From: a virus
Strand: one strand, 5' to 3'
Length of the DNA stretch: 64,000 nucleotides
Virus record (IMG/VR): IMGVR_UViG_3300033182_000499
Span: 5,833 to 69,832 of that record
Every line of letters begins with the position of its first letter. Position 1 is the first letter of the stretch. Both the position numbers and the translations under genes were made by a program. The notes beneath the pieces are model-generated. The model was not told where the DNA came from. It was given only the letters and a program-made list of their open reading frames with translations, and ran no database searches. Positions 18,054 through 28,558 of the stretch are shown here, piece after piece.

Positions 18054-19206
18054 TTGGTATGTGTATTAAATCGTTTACAGTATCTGTTATGTTATTTATA
18101 AGTATTTCAAGTCCAAACAATCTAAACTCACCGACATCACCACTATCCTTTATTATGTAGTTGAGATTTTCAATAACACCAAGAGTCTGTCGGTCTAAGT
18201 CATTACCATCAAGTTTAACTACTATATCTTCTTGTAAGTCTGTGTTAAACTTTTCAGTCAAGTCAAACATTGTTTTGGGTTGTGTCTGTTCAATAAATCT
18301 ATCCAACTGTTCTTTGTCTATGTCTGTCTGTATAGTATTGAACCACGGTTCTAGTATTGATAATAACTTAGTGTTTGAGTTTTTCAATACCAAAGTCTTC
18401 CTGTATACAGGTGGTATGATTGGGTGTTGGTAGTTATCATTCTTTATCCAACTACCCCACTTTCTAATGTAATTCAGTCTAGCACGTTCCTCAACAATAG
18501 GGAAATAGTCATCATTCTTTCCTATCTCCTCTGTCCAACGGTGTCCTCTACACGTCAAATGATATACGAAACTATCTCTACTCTGTATTAGTTCATACCC
18601 TTGTAATATCCATCGTTGGAATATATCACTATCCTCGTATGGGAATGGATGAAATAATGGGTCGTGTCCACCAATTCGTTGGAAGTCTTCTCGGTATAGA
18701 ATCCAAGGTGCGAACATACCTTTGGTAGTTTCATCTTTGTGTTGTTGTTGGTGTTCTACTACAAACTCTTCAAACCCATCTATGTTGAGAGTATCAAAGT
18801 CCATACCAAAATCTTGTATAATCTTCTCATTACCCTCGGGGTGTAATGGTGGTTCAATTCTAGTAGCACACACTACTTTACCCTTCTCTAAATGTTTCAG
18901 TAAGTTTTCTAAATAGTTAGGGCCTACTATCATATCTGCGTGGAGTATACCTACTATATCATTCTTAGCCATATCAACACCCACATCATACAATATAGTG
19001 TGTCCTAACTTTTTGTTAGTTGTATAGTTGACTAAGTTTTTGTCTTCAAGTGAGGTCATCCAATCCCACGTCCCATCGGTAGAACAATCGTCTAACAATA
19101 TAACCTCTACATCTTTGTAAAACTTTCTAATAGATGTGTATGCGTTTTTAAGATGTTTAAGATTATTGGAAGTGGGAATAACTAAAGTTACGTTACTGTA
19201 ATCCAT
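18028..19206 (-). CDS. Glycosyltransferase family 2
   Basis: VTLVIPT, ILLDDCSTDGT, LHADM, IGGHDP..YEDSD. Confidence 0.9.
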   Translation of the reverse strand: MDYSNVTLVIPTSNNLKHLKNAYTSIRKFYKDVEVILLDDCSTDGTWDWMTSLEDKNLVNYTTNKKLGHTILYDVGVDMAKNDIVGILHADMIVGPNYLENLLKHLEKGKVVCATRIEPPLHPEGNEKIIQDFGMDFDTLNIDGFEEFVVEHQQQHKDETTKGMFAPWILYREDFQRIGGHDPLFHPFPYEDSDIFQRWILQGYELIQSRDSFVYHLTCRGHRWTEEIGKNDDYFPIVEERARLNYIRKWGSWIKNDNYQHPIIPPVYRKTLVLKNSNTKLLSILEPWFNTIQTDIDKEQLDRFIEQTQPKTMFDLTEKFNTDLQEDIVVKLDGNDLDRQTLGVIENLNYIIKDSGDVGEFRLFGLEILINNITDTVNDLIHIPNERTNRFY

Positions 19207-20059
19207 TTATCATTCCGTATTGGTCAAAGGTTGGTAGTGAACCCCACTTTGATACCCATTTCTGTTGATTGTTTCTTTCTGCGGTTCGTTGTCTTTCCGA
19301 TGATTTACCATCGTTTTCTTCCAATCGGTGTGAACCTCTTGCACCAAAGTGCCATACCAATGATTTACTTGGTAGGATAAATCTAAATCCACTTTGTAAC
19401 ATCCGTAAAAATAAATCCATATCATCCCAAGACGCGGGTGAGAATCGTGGGTCGTTTCCACCAATCTCATCCCAATGTTCTTTCTTAATCAGCCCACTAA
19501 CTCCCTCACCCTTTGGAATCTCTACATCATTGATAGTAGTAAACTCTTTAGCAAACTTATCAAAAGAGTCAGAATTAAAATCATAGTGATACGCACCAAA
19601 TGCGTCTTTGGGAACCACTATTGTGCCAGGTCTACTTTGTGAGTTAGGAAACATCTGTGGTTCTACTCTGTGTGAGTTTACCCATAGTTTTTCATTTGGA
19701 TATTTGTTGTGAGTATCCATCAGAGCTTTGTCCCAATTTGGAGTTACATAGAAATCTGAATGAAGGAACATAATGTATTCGGTTTCTACTCTATCGGCAC
19801 AAAAATTCATTGAGCCCCCAATTCCCTTAACAGTTTCACCTAATATAGTTTTATCTATAAAATAAGTTAATCCATATCTGTCTGTATTCTCTATCAACCA
19901 TTCATCAGTCCCATCATCACAATTTTCAGCGTGAATAATAAAAGGAGCATCCTTATAATAAGAATTTTTACGGACACTCTCTACTGCAATCTTTAAGTAA
20001 TTTAAATTATTATAAGTACCAATACAAAATGTAAATGGTGATTTTTCATTTATTTTCAT
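19193..20059 (-). CDS. Glycosyltransferase family 2
   Basis: IGTYNN, CDDGT, FLHSDF, IGGNDPRF..WDDMD. Confidence 0.88.
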   Translation of the reverse strand: MKINEKSPFTFCIGTYNNLNYLKIAVESVRKNSYYKDAPFIIHAENCDDGTDEWLIENTDRYGLTYFIDKTILGETVKGIGGSMNFCADRVETEYIMFLHSDFYVTPNWDKALMDTHNKYPNEKLWVNSHRVEPQMFPNSQSRPGTIVVPKDAFGAYHYDFNSDSFDKFAKEFTTINDVEIPKGEGVSGLIKKEHWDEIGGNDPRFSPASWDDMDLFLRMLQSGFRFILPSKSLVWHFGARGSHRLEENDGKSSERQRTAERNNQQKWVSKWGSLPTFDQYGMINGLQ

Positions 20060-20772
20060 AAATTATTAGGCCCTCTACCTAATTTATACCCATTATCTAA
20101 ATATTCATTTAATTTATCGGGTGAAACATATACTCTATCTCCCGTTGTTGGGTTATGAATAGCTCGTTTTCCATAGTTAGGATTACCTTTCCCCTTTCTA
20201 CTACCACCCCAACTGTGCGAAGACTTGAATTTATATAAACCCTTAACCCAACCTTTTTTTATATATTCATCTAATTCTGAATGATTTATGTATTTTTTTA
20301 TTCGTGTGTTTGGTTTATGTATTCCAATTTTTCCTTTTGTTGGTGATTGGTTTGGTGTTCCATATTTCCAACCTTTACTTAATAAAAGAGTCAACATATC
20401 ACCTTTAACAAATCTTTTTTCATTAGTTTTTGGATTATATATATGTTTTCTATCCACCTGTGACTCTCTCATATGAATAGCACGTTCTTCTTTTAAGTAT
20501 CCATATATTCTGCTTGATGGATAATATCTACTCTGTCCATCCGACTCTCTAATCATAGCCCAAAGAGCATTAACTCTACTACTTGTTTTTTCTTGTTTAT
20601 ACAACAACAAATGAGCAAAAAAATGTTCTCGGGCCGTCAACTCCACCAAATTATCAGGGTCATTAGAACCACCTTCACTTACAGGTATTATATGGTGTCT
20701 TTCTACATAACCATTTAATTTTCTATTTTTAGCTCTACTTATCAAATTATTATATATTTTATTATAATTCAT
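20056..20772 (-). CDS. HNH homing endonuclease with three C-terminal repeats
   Basis: YVERHHIIP..GGSNDPDNLVELTAREHFFAHLLL; three I(Y/H)xPxT...GW/GY repeats. Confidence 0.9.
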   Translation of the reverse strand: MNYNKIYNNLISRAKNRKLNGYVERHHIIPVSEGGSNDPDNLVELTAREHFFAHLLLYKQEKTSSRVNALWAMIRESDGQSRYYPSSRIYGYLKEERAIHMRESQVDRKHIYNPKTNEKRFVKGDMLTLLLSKGWKYGTPNQSPTKGKIGIHKPNTRIKKYINHSELDEYIKKGWVKGLYKFKSSHSWGGSRKGKGNPNYGKRAIHNPTTGDRVYVSPDKLNEYLDNGYKLGRGPNNL

Positions 20773-20848
20773 AATTCATTCCTCCAATAATAAATAGTGG
20801 TAGAATGAACTTTTTATTATAAATTATTTACAAAATGTAAGTGGTGAT

Positions 20849-21574
20849 TTAGACATAATTTTGTTTTATATGATTCCACGTTTGTTCCATAACAGATAGA
20901 CGTTCGTGGTGTGGTATTCCGTTATACTGCCAAACATATCCTGTTTCTAAAAATATACCATTCATCAGTATTTCTTTTTTCATCATATGTCCAAGTCCAT
21001 AGGGTAATGGTGCAAACTCTAAATCAACATTCTCTTGTCTTACAAAGAAGTTAAATGGTGTTTGGTCAAATCCTTTCTTCAATGTTTCGTATTGTCTATT
21101 GTTTATTTCTTCTTTGTTGTCTTCGTGGAATTGAATAAACTTCTTAAACAAATCTCTATGTGATTTATCAAACTTCATAAATCCTGTTGTAAAGTAGTCC
21201 CACCAATCAAACTGAACATCGGGGAACATATCTTGATAACCCTTCATACCATTCCACATCCACTCAACTGAACCAAAATCTTTTACCGCGTACAACTTTG
21301 ATTCATTGAACTCGTCAAAGAAGTTAGGTGTTTTCCAGCTAACCATCGCATCTGCATCTACATACACATACTCATCGTACTCGGGGTATCTTTCCATTAC
21401 CGTATAACGTTCCCAATGAGGAGCCATATTTTCGTGTGATGGTGTATCTATTACTTTGAAGTCAATACCATACTTTTTACAGTACCAATCCCAAGTTCGT
21501 CTTGAGTAGTCTTGAACATCAAAGTTTATTGCAACTATGTATATAAGTCTTTTCATTATAACTTTACTATCCAA
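20849..21574 (-). CDS. GT-A fold glycosyltransferase
   Basis: YVYVDADAMV DxD motif, FTTGFM, DQTPFN. Confidence 0.75.
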   Translation of the reverse strand: MDSKVIMKRLIYIVAINFDVQDYSRRTWDWYCKKYGIDFKVIDTPSHENMAPHWERYTVMERYPEYDEYVYVDADAMVSWKTPNFFDEFNESKLYAVKDFGSVEWMWNGMKGYQDMFPDVQFDWWDYFTTGFMKFDKSHRDLFKKFIQFHEDNKEEINNRQYETLKKGFDQTPFNFFVRQENVDLEFAPLPYGLGHMMKKEILMNGIFLETGYVWQYNGIPHHERLSVMEQTWNHIKQNYV

Positions 21575-22095
21575 CTATTATCTCTAAATTTTCTGTCAAT
21601 ATCACCTAGTGTTTTTACCACGGCTCGTCTAACAGGTGTATGTTGCCAGTCGTGTCCTGATATAAACATTCCTTCTTTTATAATCTGTTTGTAATTATTG
21701 ATGTCTTCCATAACTGCAGATTCACCGTGATTACCGTCAATATAAACCAAATCAACTTTAATGTTATTGTCTAAAAAATAAGTTATAGCCTCTGACGATT
21801 TCATTTTTAATTTAACAATTTTTTCTTCAAATGGTTTGATTCTCTCATCAAATGCAGTTTCTACTTCATTCATATCACATCTTGAAACTCTATCGGCTTT
21901 ATCATAACCACTCACCCACGGGTCTACACAATATATTTTTTTCACTTGGTCGTGTTGTGCAAATATAGAAGTACTTTCTCCCTGAAAACACCCAATCTCT
22001 ACCATTACAATGTCGTCTAGTTTAGTATGCTCTACCAAGTCAAATAGACCTTTTGATTCTGCAATACTTTGTCTCATTTTAAATAGTTTTTCCAT
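21556..22095 (-). CDS. Class I SAM methyltransferase (Methyltransf_24)
   Basis: VEIGCFQGES, CVDPW, LVYIDGNH, SGHDW. Confidence 0.88.
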   Translation of the reverse strand: MEKLFKMRQSIAESKGLFDLVEHTKLDDIVMVEIGCFQGESTSIFAQHDQVKKIYCVDPWVSGYDKADRVSRCDMNEVETAFDERIKPFEEKIVKLKMKSSEAITYFLDNNIKVDLVYIDGNHGESAVMEDINNYKQIIKEGMFISGHDWQHTPVRRAVVKTLGDIDRKFRDNSWIVKL

Positions 22096-22099
22096 ATTC

Positions 22100-22957
22100 C
22101 TATCTAATTAGTTTCTCATTTCCATTATTATAATTCATATAGTCTATTTTAGAATAATCATAATTCTCTATTCTATAATTAGTCCACCGACCAGCATATG
22201 GTCTTCTAGTATTTATACAACCGGCAATCATATCAATACCACCACCAACATCTAAATAAACTGAATGTTTATAGTCTGTAAATTTGTGTAGTATTCCATT
22301 TTTTGAATGACCCATACCCACTAAAAATATATCAGAGTTAGAGTTTTCTAATTGTGGTTTGATAATGTTTTCAAGTGAGTCAATATCATCTGCCGCAAAC
22401 TTTTGTGGTATGTAAATATAGTCATTGAAATAATCTAAACCTAAATAGTCTTTATATTCTTCTCTTTTTAATAATTCCTCTATTAACTTTAACTTGGGCT
22501 CAGCCCCAATCAAACCAATTCTACCCTTGAATGTTTTTAACAACCATTTGTTTCCAACTAAACCATAACCAAACTCTGCGGGATAGTCAATGTCTCTTTG
22601 TATTACTTCTTTAAAATAGTTTCTGTTTTCGGGGTATATTTCACAGGTATAGTAATCACATAATTGTGCATTTTTTATGTGAGTATCCATATCTAATTCG
22701 TGATAAGACTTACTTATTGCACGATTTCCCGGCTTTGCACTACCAACAGGTATTTGTTTTAAAAACCTGTAATCCCCGTCACCAAACTTATAAAAAGTGG
22801 CTGATTCTTTGTTGTCTACTAGTTGTACTATTTTACTTTTAAAGTTTTCTAACTCTTCTTGAAATTTAGGATAGGTATTTGGATTATGAAAACACGAGTG
22901 TCCATCTAAATTATCAGTTCCTTCTATTTTATATATTTCTTGATACATACCACTCAC
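22100..22957 (-). CDS. GT-D fold-like (DUF1792-like) glycosyltransferase
   Basis: FYKFGDGD resembles the RFGDGE motif; LVGMG, LDVGG; located in the glycosylation island. Confidence 0.55.
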   Translation of the reverse strand: MSGMYQEIYKIEGTDNLDGHSCFHNPNTYPKFQEELENFKSKIVQLVDNKESATFYKFGDGDYRFLKQIPVGSAKPGNRAISKSYHELDMDTHIKNAQLCDYYTCEIYPENRNYFKEVIQRDIDYPAEFGYGLVGNKWLLKTFKGRIGLIGAEPKLKLIEELLKREEYKDYLGLDYFNDYIYIPQKFAADDIDSLENIIKPQLENSNSDIFLVGMGHSKNGILHKFTDYKHSVYLDVGGGIDMIAGCINTRRPYAGRWTNYRIENYDYSKIDYMNYNNGNEKLIR

Positions 22958-23825
22958 AAGTTTTTTTTATACCCTCATCAATAGGTGTAAAGTTAAAAGA
23001 TTTATTTAATATACTTTTTAATTTTGTATTATCACAATACTTGTTCACAACCCCCATATTTTTTTGATTACCCCATACCACTTCACCATCATAATTTAAA
23101 TGTTTTACTATAATGGCTACAAGGGTTTTTATATCTATAACCTCACCCGATGAAACAATTGTCGGGTCTAATTCTTTACTTTCTATAATGTTTTTAAATA
23201 TGGTATTTAAATCATCCACATAAACAAAGTCTCTTTTAGGTGAACCATCACCATAAATTTCAAATGGTTTGTTTTTTGTTTTTGCGTCAAAACACTTATA
23301 GATTAAATTAGAAACAACCGTACTTTTTTCGTTAAAATAATTGTGAGGGCCATAAACATTACCAAGTATGACTGACTTGTAATTCAAACCATATTGTTTT
23401 TGATAAGATTTAACAAGAGATACATTTACTTTTTTACTGAATGAATAACCATATGTGTTATCATCAACATCTCCTTGAAAAAAATAATCTTCTATATAAG
23501 GTGTTTGTGTGTTTGCTGGGAATGATGTGGTTGATGAAATCATCAATAAGTTTTTAACACCCAATTCTTTACAAACTTCAATTACATTCATATCCATAGT
23601 AATATTGTGTCGTAAAAAATCACTGTGATTATTCTTTAAGTCCATAAACCCTGTGTGTAACGCGGCACAGTGAATTACTGTATCAGGTTTATGTTTTTTT
23701 ATTATGTCATATGTTTGTTTGTAATCAAGTAAGTCTGCGTCTTTCCTTGGTATTTTAACATCTACATTTAAGTTTTTTGCAATAAAACCACTACCACCTG
23801 TTACTAAACTTTTACCCTGAAACAT
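22929..23825 (-). CDS. fcl: GDP-L-fucose synthase-like NAD-dependent epimerase/reductase
   Basis: LVTGGSGFI, DLLD, VIHCAA, YGYSFSK (YxxxK), NVYGPHN, YGDGSPKRDFVYVDD. Confidence 0.8.
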   Translation of the reverse strand: MFQGKSLVTGGSGFIAKNLNVDVKIPRKDADLLDYKQTYDIIKKHKPDTVIHCAALHTGFMDLKNNHSDFLRHNITMDMNVIEVCKELGVKNLLMISSTTSFPANTQTPYIEDYFFQGDVDDNTYGYSFSKKVNVSLVKSYQKQYGLNYKSVILGNVYGPHNYFNEKSTVVSNLIYKCFDAKTKNKPFEIYGDGSPKRDFVYVDDLNTIFKNIIESKELDPTIVSSGEVIDIKTLVAIIVKHLNYDGEVVWGNQKNMGVVNKYCDNTKLKSILNKSFNFTPIDEGIKKTCEWYVSRNI

Positions 23826-25389
23826 AATCTTTGATGTAATCAGTTAAGTTTTTAGTTGGAACCCACCCAAGAATGTCTTTTGCAAGGGTGTCTTCACACA
23901 AAGTTGTTTCTGCTTCGCCGGGTTTATTTTCTTCATACACGATATTGTCATATTCAAACATATCAGCTACTTCTTTTATTGAATAATTTACACCTCTACC
24001 CAACTCAAACAAATAACCCCACGCGTGTTTATCTTGAATCAAAATAAGTGCATCTACAATATCATCTATATGTGTAAAATCTCTTCGTTTTGTTCCATCG
24101 CCATATATAGTAATAGGTTCTCCATCTTCTATGGCTTTTTCCCACTTACCAATCACCGTACAATAACCACCTTCCTTTAAATGGTGTGGGCCATATACAT
24201 TATAAAAACGAGTAATTGTTGCATTTAGTCCATAATGTTCTTGACACAACTGTACAATCTCTTCGGATACATCTTTTGAAAAAGTGTATGGATTTTTAAA
24301 TTTACCCGAATGATGAGAACTTGAACCAGCAAATTGTAATGGAATATTATTCTTTGCACAATAGAGTGCAAGTTTATAAGTTGCAACTGAGTTGGAGTTA
24401 AAGTATTCAAGTGGTAAATTAAATGATGGTTGTATTCTTGCAATCGCAGCGAGGTGATATACTAAATCAAAATTACCGTATGTTGAGTAATCATCTATAT
24501 CACATATATCTTTCTCAATGTAAGTCACTCCTTCTTGGTGATTTTCTTTTAATCCTGTATAATAATTGTCTATACTAGTTACATTGTGTCCTTCTTCTAC
24601 TAAACGTTTTACTAAATTTGTACCAACAAATCCTGCACCGCCTGTTACTAGTATGTTTTTTTTCACTTTTATTTCCTCACCTTTTAAGTTAATATATTTA
24701 TATCTTTTTTCATCTGTAACTACCCAATCACTTTTCTTATCATTTGGTATTAATTCACCAAACCACGGATAATAAATTGTTTTTGCGTCAGACAAATAAG
24801 CCGCCCACCAACTGAATGTACTACTAGATAATAATATGTTTTTGGATGACATTATATATCTAAATTGTTCTATTGGAGACTCCTTTATGAAGTTATCAAT
24901 ATATGGATTTAATTTTTCAAAGTAAACATCATCAAACGAATCTGTACATAATGTTATTTTTTTGTATTGAGGATTGTTTTTAATGAAGTCAATATAAAAT
25001 TCAACATCAGGACACAACTTAGTTGGCCAACCATTCCAACCACGTCTAATAGTTAGTACGAGTTCATCTGAATCATCAAAATCTTTTTCAAGTTTTGGTA
25101 AATACAACCATTCTTTAATGTTTTCTTTATAAGGTCTTAAATATCTATACTTACAAAAATAACCATTTAAATAAACATTACTGTTTTCATCAATGGGTGG
25201 TAATATATGAGTTTGAATGACTTTTACAGAATTAACCCCCACATTACCATCAACTTCTTGTTTTGTATTCTCAAAACCATCTATTGGTTTTACTTGTAAT
25301 TTTAATCCGTATTTTTCTGCAATACTTCTAGCAACACAATACTGCCATAAATTATTACCTAATGTACCAATGTAATTTACTTTAACCAT
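23812..25389 (-). CDS. In-frame fusion of GT11 (alpha-1,2-fucosyltransferase-like) and NAD-dependent epimerase
   Basis: N-half GTLGNNLWQY, IRRG, SSTFSWWAAYL; C-half ILVTGGAGFVG, NPYTFSK, RFYNVYGP; internal SD plus GTG at 24666. Confidence 0.85.
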   Translation of the reverse strand: MVKVNYIGTLGNNLWQYCVARSIAEKYGLKLQVKPIDGFENTKQEVDGNVGVNSVKVIQTHILPPIDENSNVYLNGYFCKYRYLRPYKENIKEWLYLPKLEKDFDDSDELVLTIRRGWNGWPTKLCPDVEFYIDFIKNNPQYKKITLCTDSFDDVYFEKLNPYIDNFIKESPIEQFRYIMSSKNILLSSSTFSWWAAYLSDAKTIYYPWFGELIPNDKKSDWVVTDEKRYKYINLKGEEIKVKKNILVTGGAGFVGTNLVKRLVEEGHNVTSIDNYYTGLKENHQEGVTYIEKDICDIDDYSTYGNFDLVYHLAAIARIQPSFNLPLEYFNSNSVATYKLALYCAKNNIPLQFAGSSSHHSGKFKNPYTFSKDVSEEIVQLCQEHYGLNATITRFYNVYGPHHLKEGGYCTVIGKWEKAIEDGEPITIYGDGTKRRDFTHIDDIVDALILIQDKHAWGYLFELGRGVNYSIKEVADMFEYDNIVYEENKPGEAETTLCEDTLAKDILGWVPTKNLTDYIKDYVSG

Positions 25390-25396
25390 AGTCCTA

Positions 25397-26536
25397 TTAA
25401 ACTACGTATGGATATCCTTTGAAAAATTCGTTGACCCAATAAATGACATAATCTATATCTTCTTCTGTCATTGCAGGGTGAACGGGTAGTGATACTAAAC
25501 GTAACCACTCTTCGTCTGCAATCAAGAAATCTCTATCTTGATGAGTCATATGTTTCTGTATAATCTCATACTTATGTAATGGTTTGAAGTGTACAGACGT
25601 GTGTATTTTTTTAGATGCCAAGTAATCAATTAGTGTGTCTCGTAAAACTGCCGGTACTTTAGCACAATAGTATTGTACTGTTTCAGAATGTGGTGGTCTT
25701 TCTACAAAAACAGTTAATTCTTTATTATACCTTTCTTGTATATGTCTTCTTTTTTCAAGATTACTTGGTAGTTTTTTCATCTGTTCCAAACACATAGCCG
25801 CGGTCAAGTCAATCATATAACACTTGTAACCAATCTTATCAACTTCGTAATCCCAAGTATAACCTGGCTTTCCTGTTATCTTATCATTTTTATTGACTCG
25901 TGAATATGTAGATGAAACACCAAACCAAGTCATCTCTTTAAGTTTGTGATATAATTTTTCGTCATTCAATGTAATCATACCACCATCACCACACGGCATT
26001 GTTTTTACAGCTTGAAACGACCAAACAGCTACATCACCCTTTGTACCTGCACCTGGCGTATAACAACTATGTGCACAATCTTCTATAATAAAACCATCAT
26101 AAAAATCACGTATCTCATCAATTGGTGCAGGAACACCCGCTTGATTAACTGCAATAAGTACGTCTGATTCAGGTTTTAAGTGTTTTTTAACATCATCGGG
26201 GTTCATACACATTGTATATGGGTCAACGTCAACTACATTAGTTGTACAGTCATTCCATAGTGGTATCATAGCAGTCGCCATAAATGATATTGTAGGGTTA
26301 ATTACATCTCTGTTTTTTATACCCAACGCTTTCATTACTAAGTCTTGTCCTGCAGAATTACTAGTTACTGCAACGGCGTATTTTGCACCTACCATTTTTG
26401 CAAATTCTTTTTCAAATTGACTTACTTTTGGGCCGTTTCCCCACCAACCACTTTCAATTACTTCTCTTAGTGCTTCTACCTCTTCATCACCACCTTGTGG
26501 TCGTAACACAGGTAACATATTTTTTCTTATTTCCAT
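25397..26536 (-). CDS. DegT/DnrJ/EryC1/StrS PLP-dependent sugar aminotransferase
   Basis: GPKVSQFEKEFA, IIEDCAHS, SFQAVKTMPCGDGGMI, LVSLPVHP. Confidence 0.93.
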   Translation of the reverse strand: MEIRKNMLPVLRPQGGDEEVEALREVIESGWWGNGPKVSQFEKEFAKMVGAKYAVAVTSNSAGQDLVMKALGIKNRDVINPTISFMATAMIPLWNDCTTNVVDVDPYTMCMNPDDVKKHLKPESDVLIAVNQAGVPAPIDEIRDFYDGFIIEDCAHSCYTPGAGTKGDVAVWSFQAVKTMPCGDGGMITLNDEKLYHKLKEMTWFGVSSTYSRVNKNDKITGKPGYTWDYEVDKIGYKCYMIDLTAAMCLEQMKKLPSNLEKRRHIQERYNKELTVFVERPPHSETVQYYCAKVPAVLRDTLIDYLASKKIHTSVHFKPLHKYEIIQKHMTHQDRDFLIADEEWLRLVSLPVHPAMTEEDIDYVIYWVNEFFKGYPYVV

Positions 26537-26537
26537 A

Positions 26538-27524
26538 TTAGTCTAGTTTATTGTAAAAGTTAACAAATTCATTAAATAGTTCATCAACGGATGAGTTGTA
26601 TATTTCACTATTATGGTACTTGTCAAATATACTTACGTTTTTAAGATTGTCAGTTAAGTCCCTCTCCCAACCCAATTCTAATCTAAATCCTTCTTCTTTA
26701 GTTTGTTGAGTAAATGTTGGAGTGTTTACAAAAAATGGAACAACTGCGGCACCTGATGCACCATAAATACTACATTTTGTATTTTTAAGTATAGCGTATT
26801 GTTTTTCCAATGAGTCATCATCACCATCTATACTGAAGTCCATTAGGTTAGACTTTAAATCTGAAAGTTGTGGGTGATTTTCTAAACCCAATGAACCACC
26901 TCTACTTCCTTGTTTTTTTATGTCTAATGATATTACGTTTAAATTTAAATCTTCTATCAATCTACGAGTAAACAAAACCCAATTATCAGGATTCCAATCT
27001 AAATAACACTTATTTGTTTTTCTAGTTCGGGTTCTTGCCATCAAAAAAACAATATCATTATCATTGTTAAAATGATTTTCTATTTTTTCTTTTATTTCTT
27101 CTTCTATTTTTGAATCAATGTCAAAATGAATCCACTTTCCATATGGATAATCATCCAAACATCGTTGTCTAGTTATTGGTATATCTTTTGGTTTATGTAC
27201 AACTATTTTTTCAAACCCTCTTGATTTCAAGTCCTGTATCACAGTAGACAAGTGTTCCATAAATACAGGTGGTATAATATCTTGACCATTAATATGTTCA
27301 CCGTATGTAGCAGGATATTGTAATGTAGACTCAAGATGTTCGGGGTGTGGGATGTATTCATCTATAAAATCTTTGTACGCAACACGTCTACCCCTAAATC
27401 CTAAGTGAACTGCATAATAATCTGAATATTTTTCTTCTTTTAATTTTCTACATTCAGAGTTCCACCAACTCAATTCATAACTAAATTCACCTACCCACGG
27501 GCCAAATATTATAGCATTTTTCAT
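26538..27524 (-). CDS. Hypothetical glycosyltransferase-like protein
   Basis: GPWVGEFSYEL N-terminus and YGASG; context in the glycosylation island. Confidence 0.5.
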   Translation of the reverse strand: MKNAIIFGPWVGEFSYELSWWNSECRKLKEEKYSDYYAVHLGFRGRRVAYKDFIDEYIPHPEHLESTLQYPATYGEHINGQDIIPPVFMEHLSTVIQDLKSRGFEKIVVHKPKDIPITRQRCLDDYPYGKWIHFDIDSKIEEEIKEKIENHFNNDNDIVFLMARTRTRKTNKCYLDWNPDNWVLFTRRLIEDLNLNVISLDIKKQGSRGGSLGLENHPQLSDLKSNLMDFSIDGDDDSLEKQYAILKNTKCSIYGASGAAVVPFFVNTPTFTQQTKEEGFRLELGWERDLTDNLKNVSIFDKYHNSEIYNSSVDELFNEFVNFYNKLD

Positions 27525-28558
27525 AGTATACCTTTTTCTTTAAATAACTTTTCAGTATAATCAACTAAGTAATTGTTATGGTATTGTTCAATATATCTAT
27601 TTTTTAGATTATTCACAAACTCATCTCTTATTTCATCAAAATTTTCTACTGCATATTCTATCTTTTCTCCTAAGTCAGAATAGTCGTGTTTACACGAAAT
27701 ATATGTTTCATCTTCAACATAAATATTAGGGTAAGTGTCAACGTGATTCATATTTGGTTTTATGAGTAGAGAACCTAATTGTGCAGATTCCAAGTCACGA
27801 GGTGCCATTTCCCCATAACCAAATGGTGCAAGTAATACTTTACTTTGTTGAATATAATTAAAATACACATTATTAGGAACTCTTCTACCTTTATATAGTT
27901 TAGCAACCATAAACGGTGAACATTTTATCTTATCTAATACAGGTTGTCGGTGTTCGTTATAATAGAAGTCTTGTGATGGTTTGATTTCAAACTCGTGACA
28001 TTCAGGATGAGGGTGTTGAAACATAGCAGACACATCAAACAACTTATATATCTGTGAATAATCATACCATTGTATGTCGGGAACACCAATCCAATTAGTA
28101 CCTGATAAAACAATTCTGTCTTTATAGTCATCAAAGTTTTCGGGTTTGTAGTTTTGACCCTCAATCCCATAGTCTTCACTTTTACCCCAATAGTACCTAC
28201 CACCAACCCACTCCTCATTATACAAAGTTCGGTCTTTGAGTAGTGAATGTTTCATCATAAACAAAGCATCACTTTCTTTGAATGTTTCAAATGAACCAAT
28301 CAATGAGTGAGAGTCTTGACCATCAACTAATATGTATGGGCCTTTTATCTTTGATAGATAATCCAAACCCATCTCTGTTGACTTTTCTATTGAACCTATT
28401 TTCTTATCTTGAAATAGTGAATGTCCAATTAAAGTTATATCATACTCGGTTGAGTCAGGTTGTACTAACTGTATACCTCGTTCTAAAAACTGATGAAATG
28501 ATTTAACATATGGATGAAATGTATGAAAATCTTTAGTAAGTATTCTTACTTTTAACAT
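27521..28558 (-). CDS. GT-B fold glycosyltransferase
   Basis: SKVLLAPFGYGEMAPRDLESAQLGSLLIKP. Confidence 0.7.
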   Translation of the reverse strand: MLKVRILTKDFHTFHPYVKSFHQFLERGIQLVQPDSTEYDITLIGHSLFQDKKIGSIEKSTEMGLDYLSKIKGPYILVDGQDSHSLIGSFETFKESDALFMMKHSLLKDRTLYNEEWVGGRYYWGKSEDYGIEGQNYKPENFDDYKDRIVLSGTNWIGVPDIQWYDYSQIYKLFDVSAMFQHPHPECHEFEIKPSQDFYYNEHRQPVLDKIKCSPFMVAKLYKGRRVPNNVYFNYIQQSKVLLAPFGYGEMAPRDLESAQLGSLLIKPNMNHVDTYPNIYVEDETYISCKHDYSDLGEKIEYAVENFDEIRDEFVNNLKNRYIEQYHNNYLVDYTEKLFKEKGIL

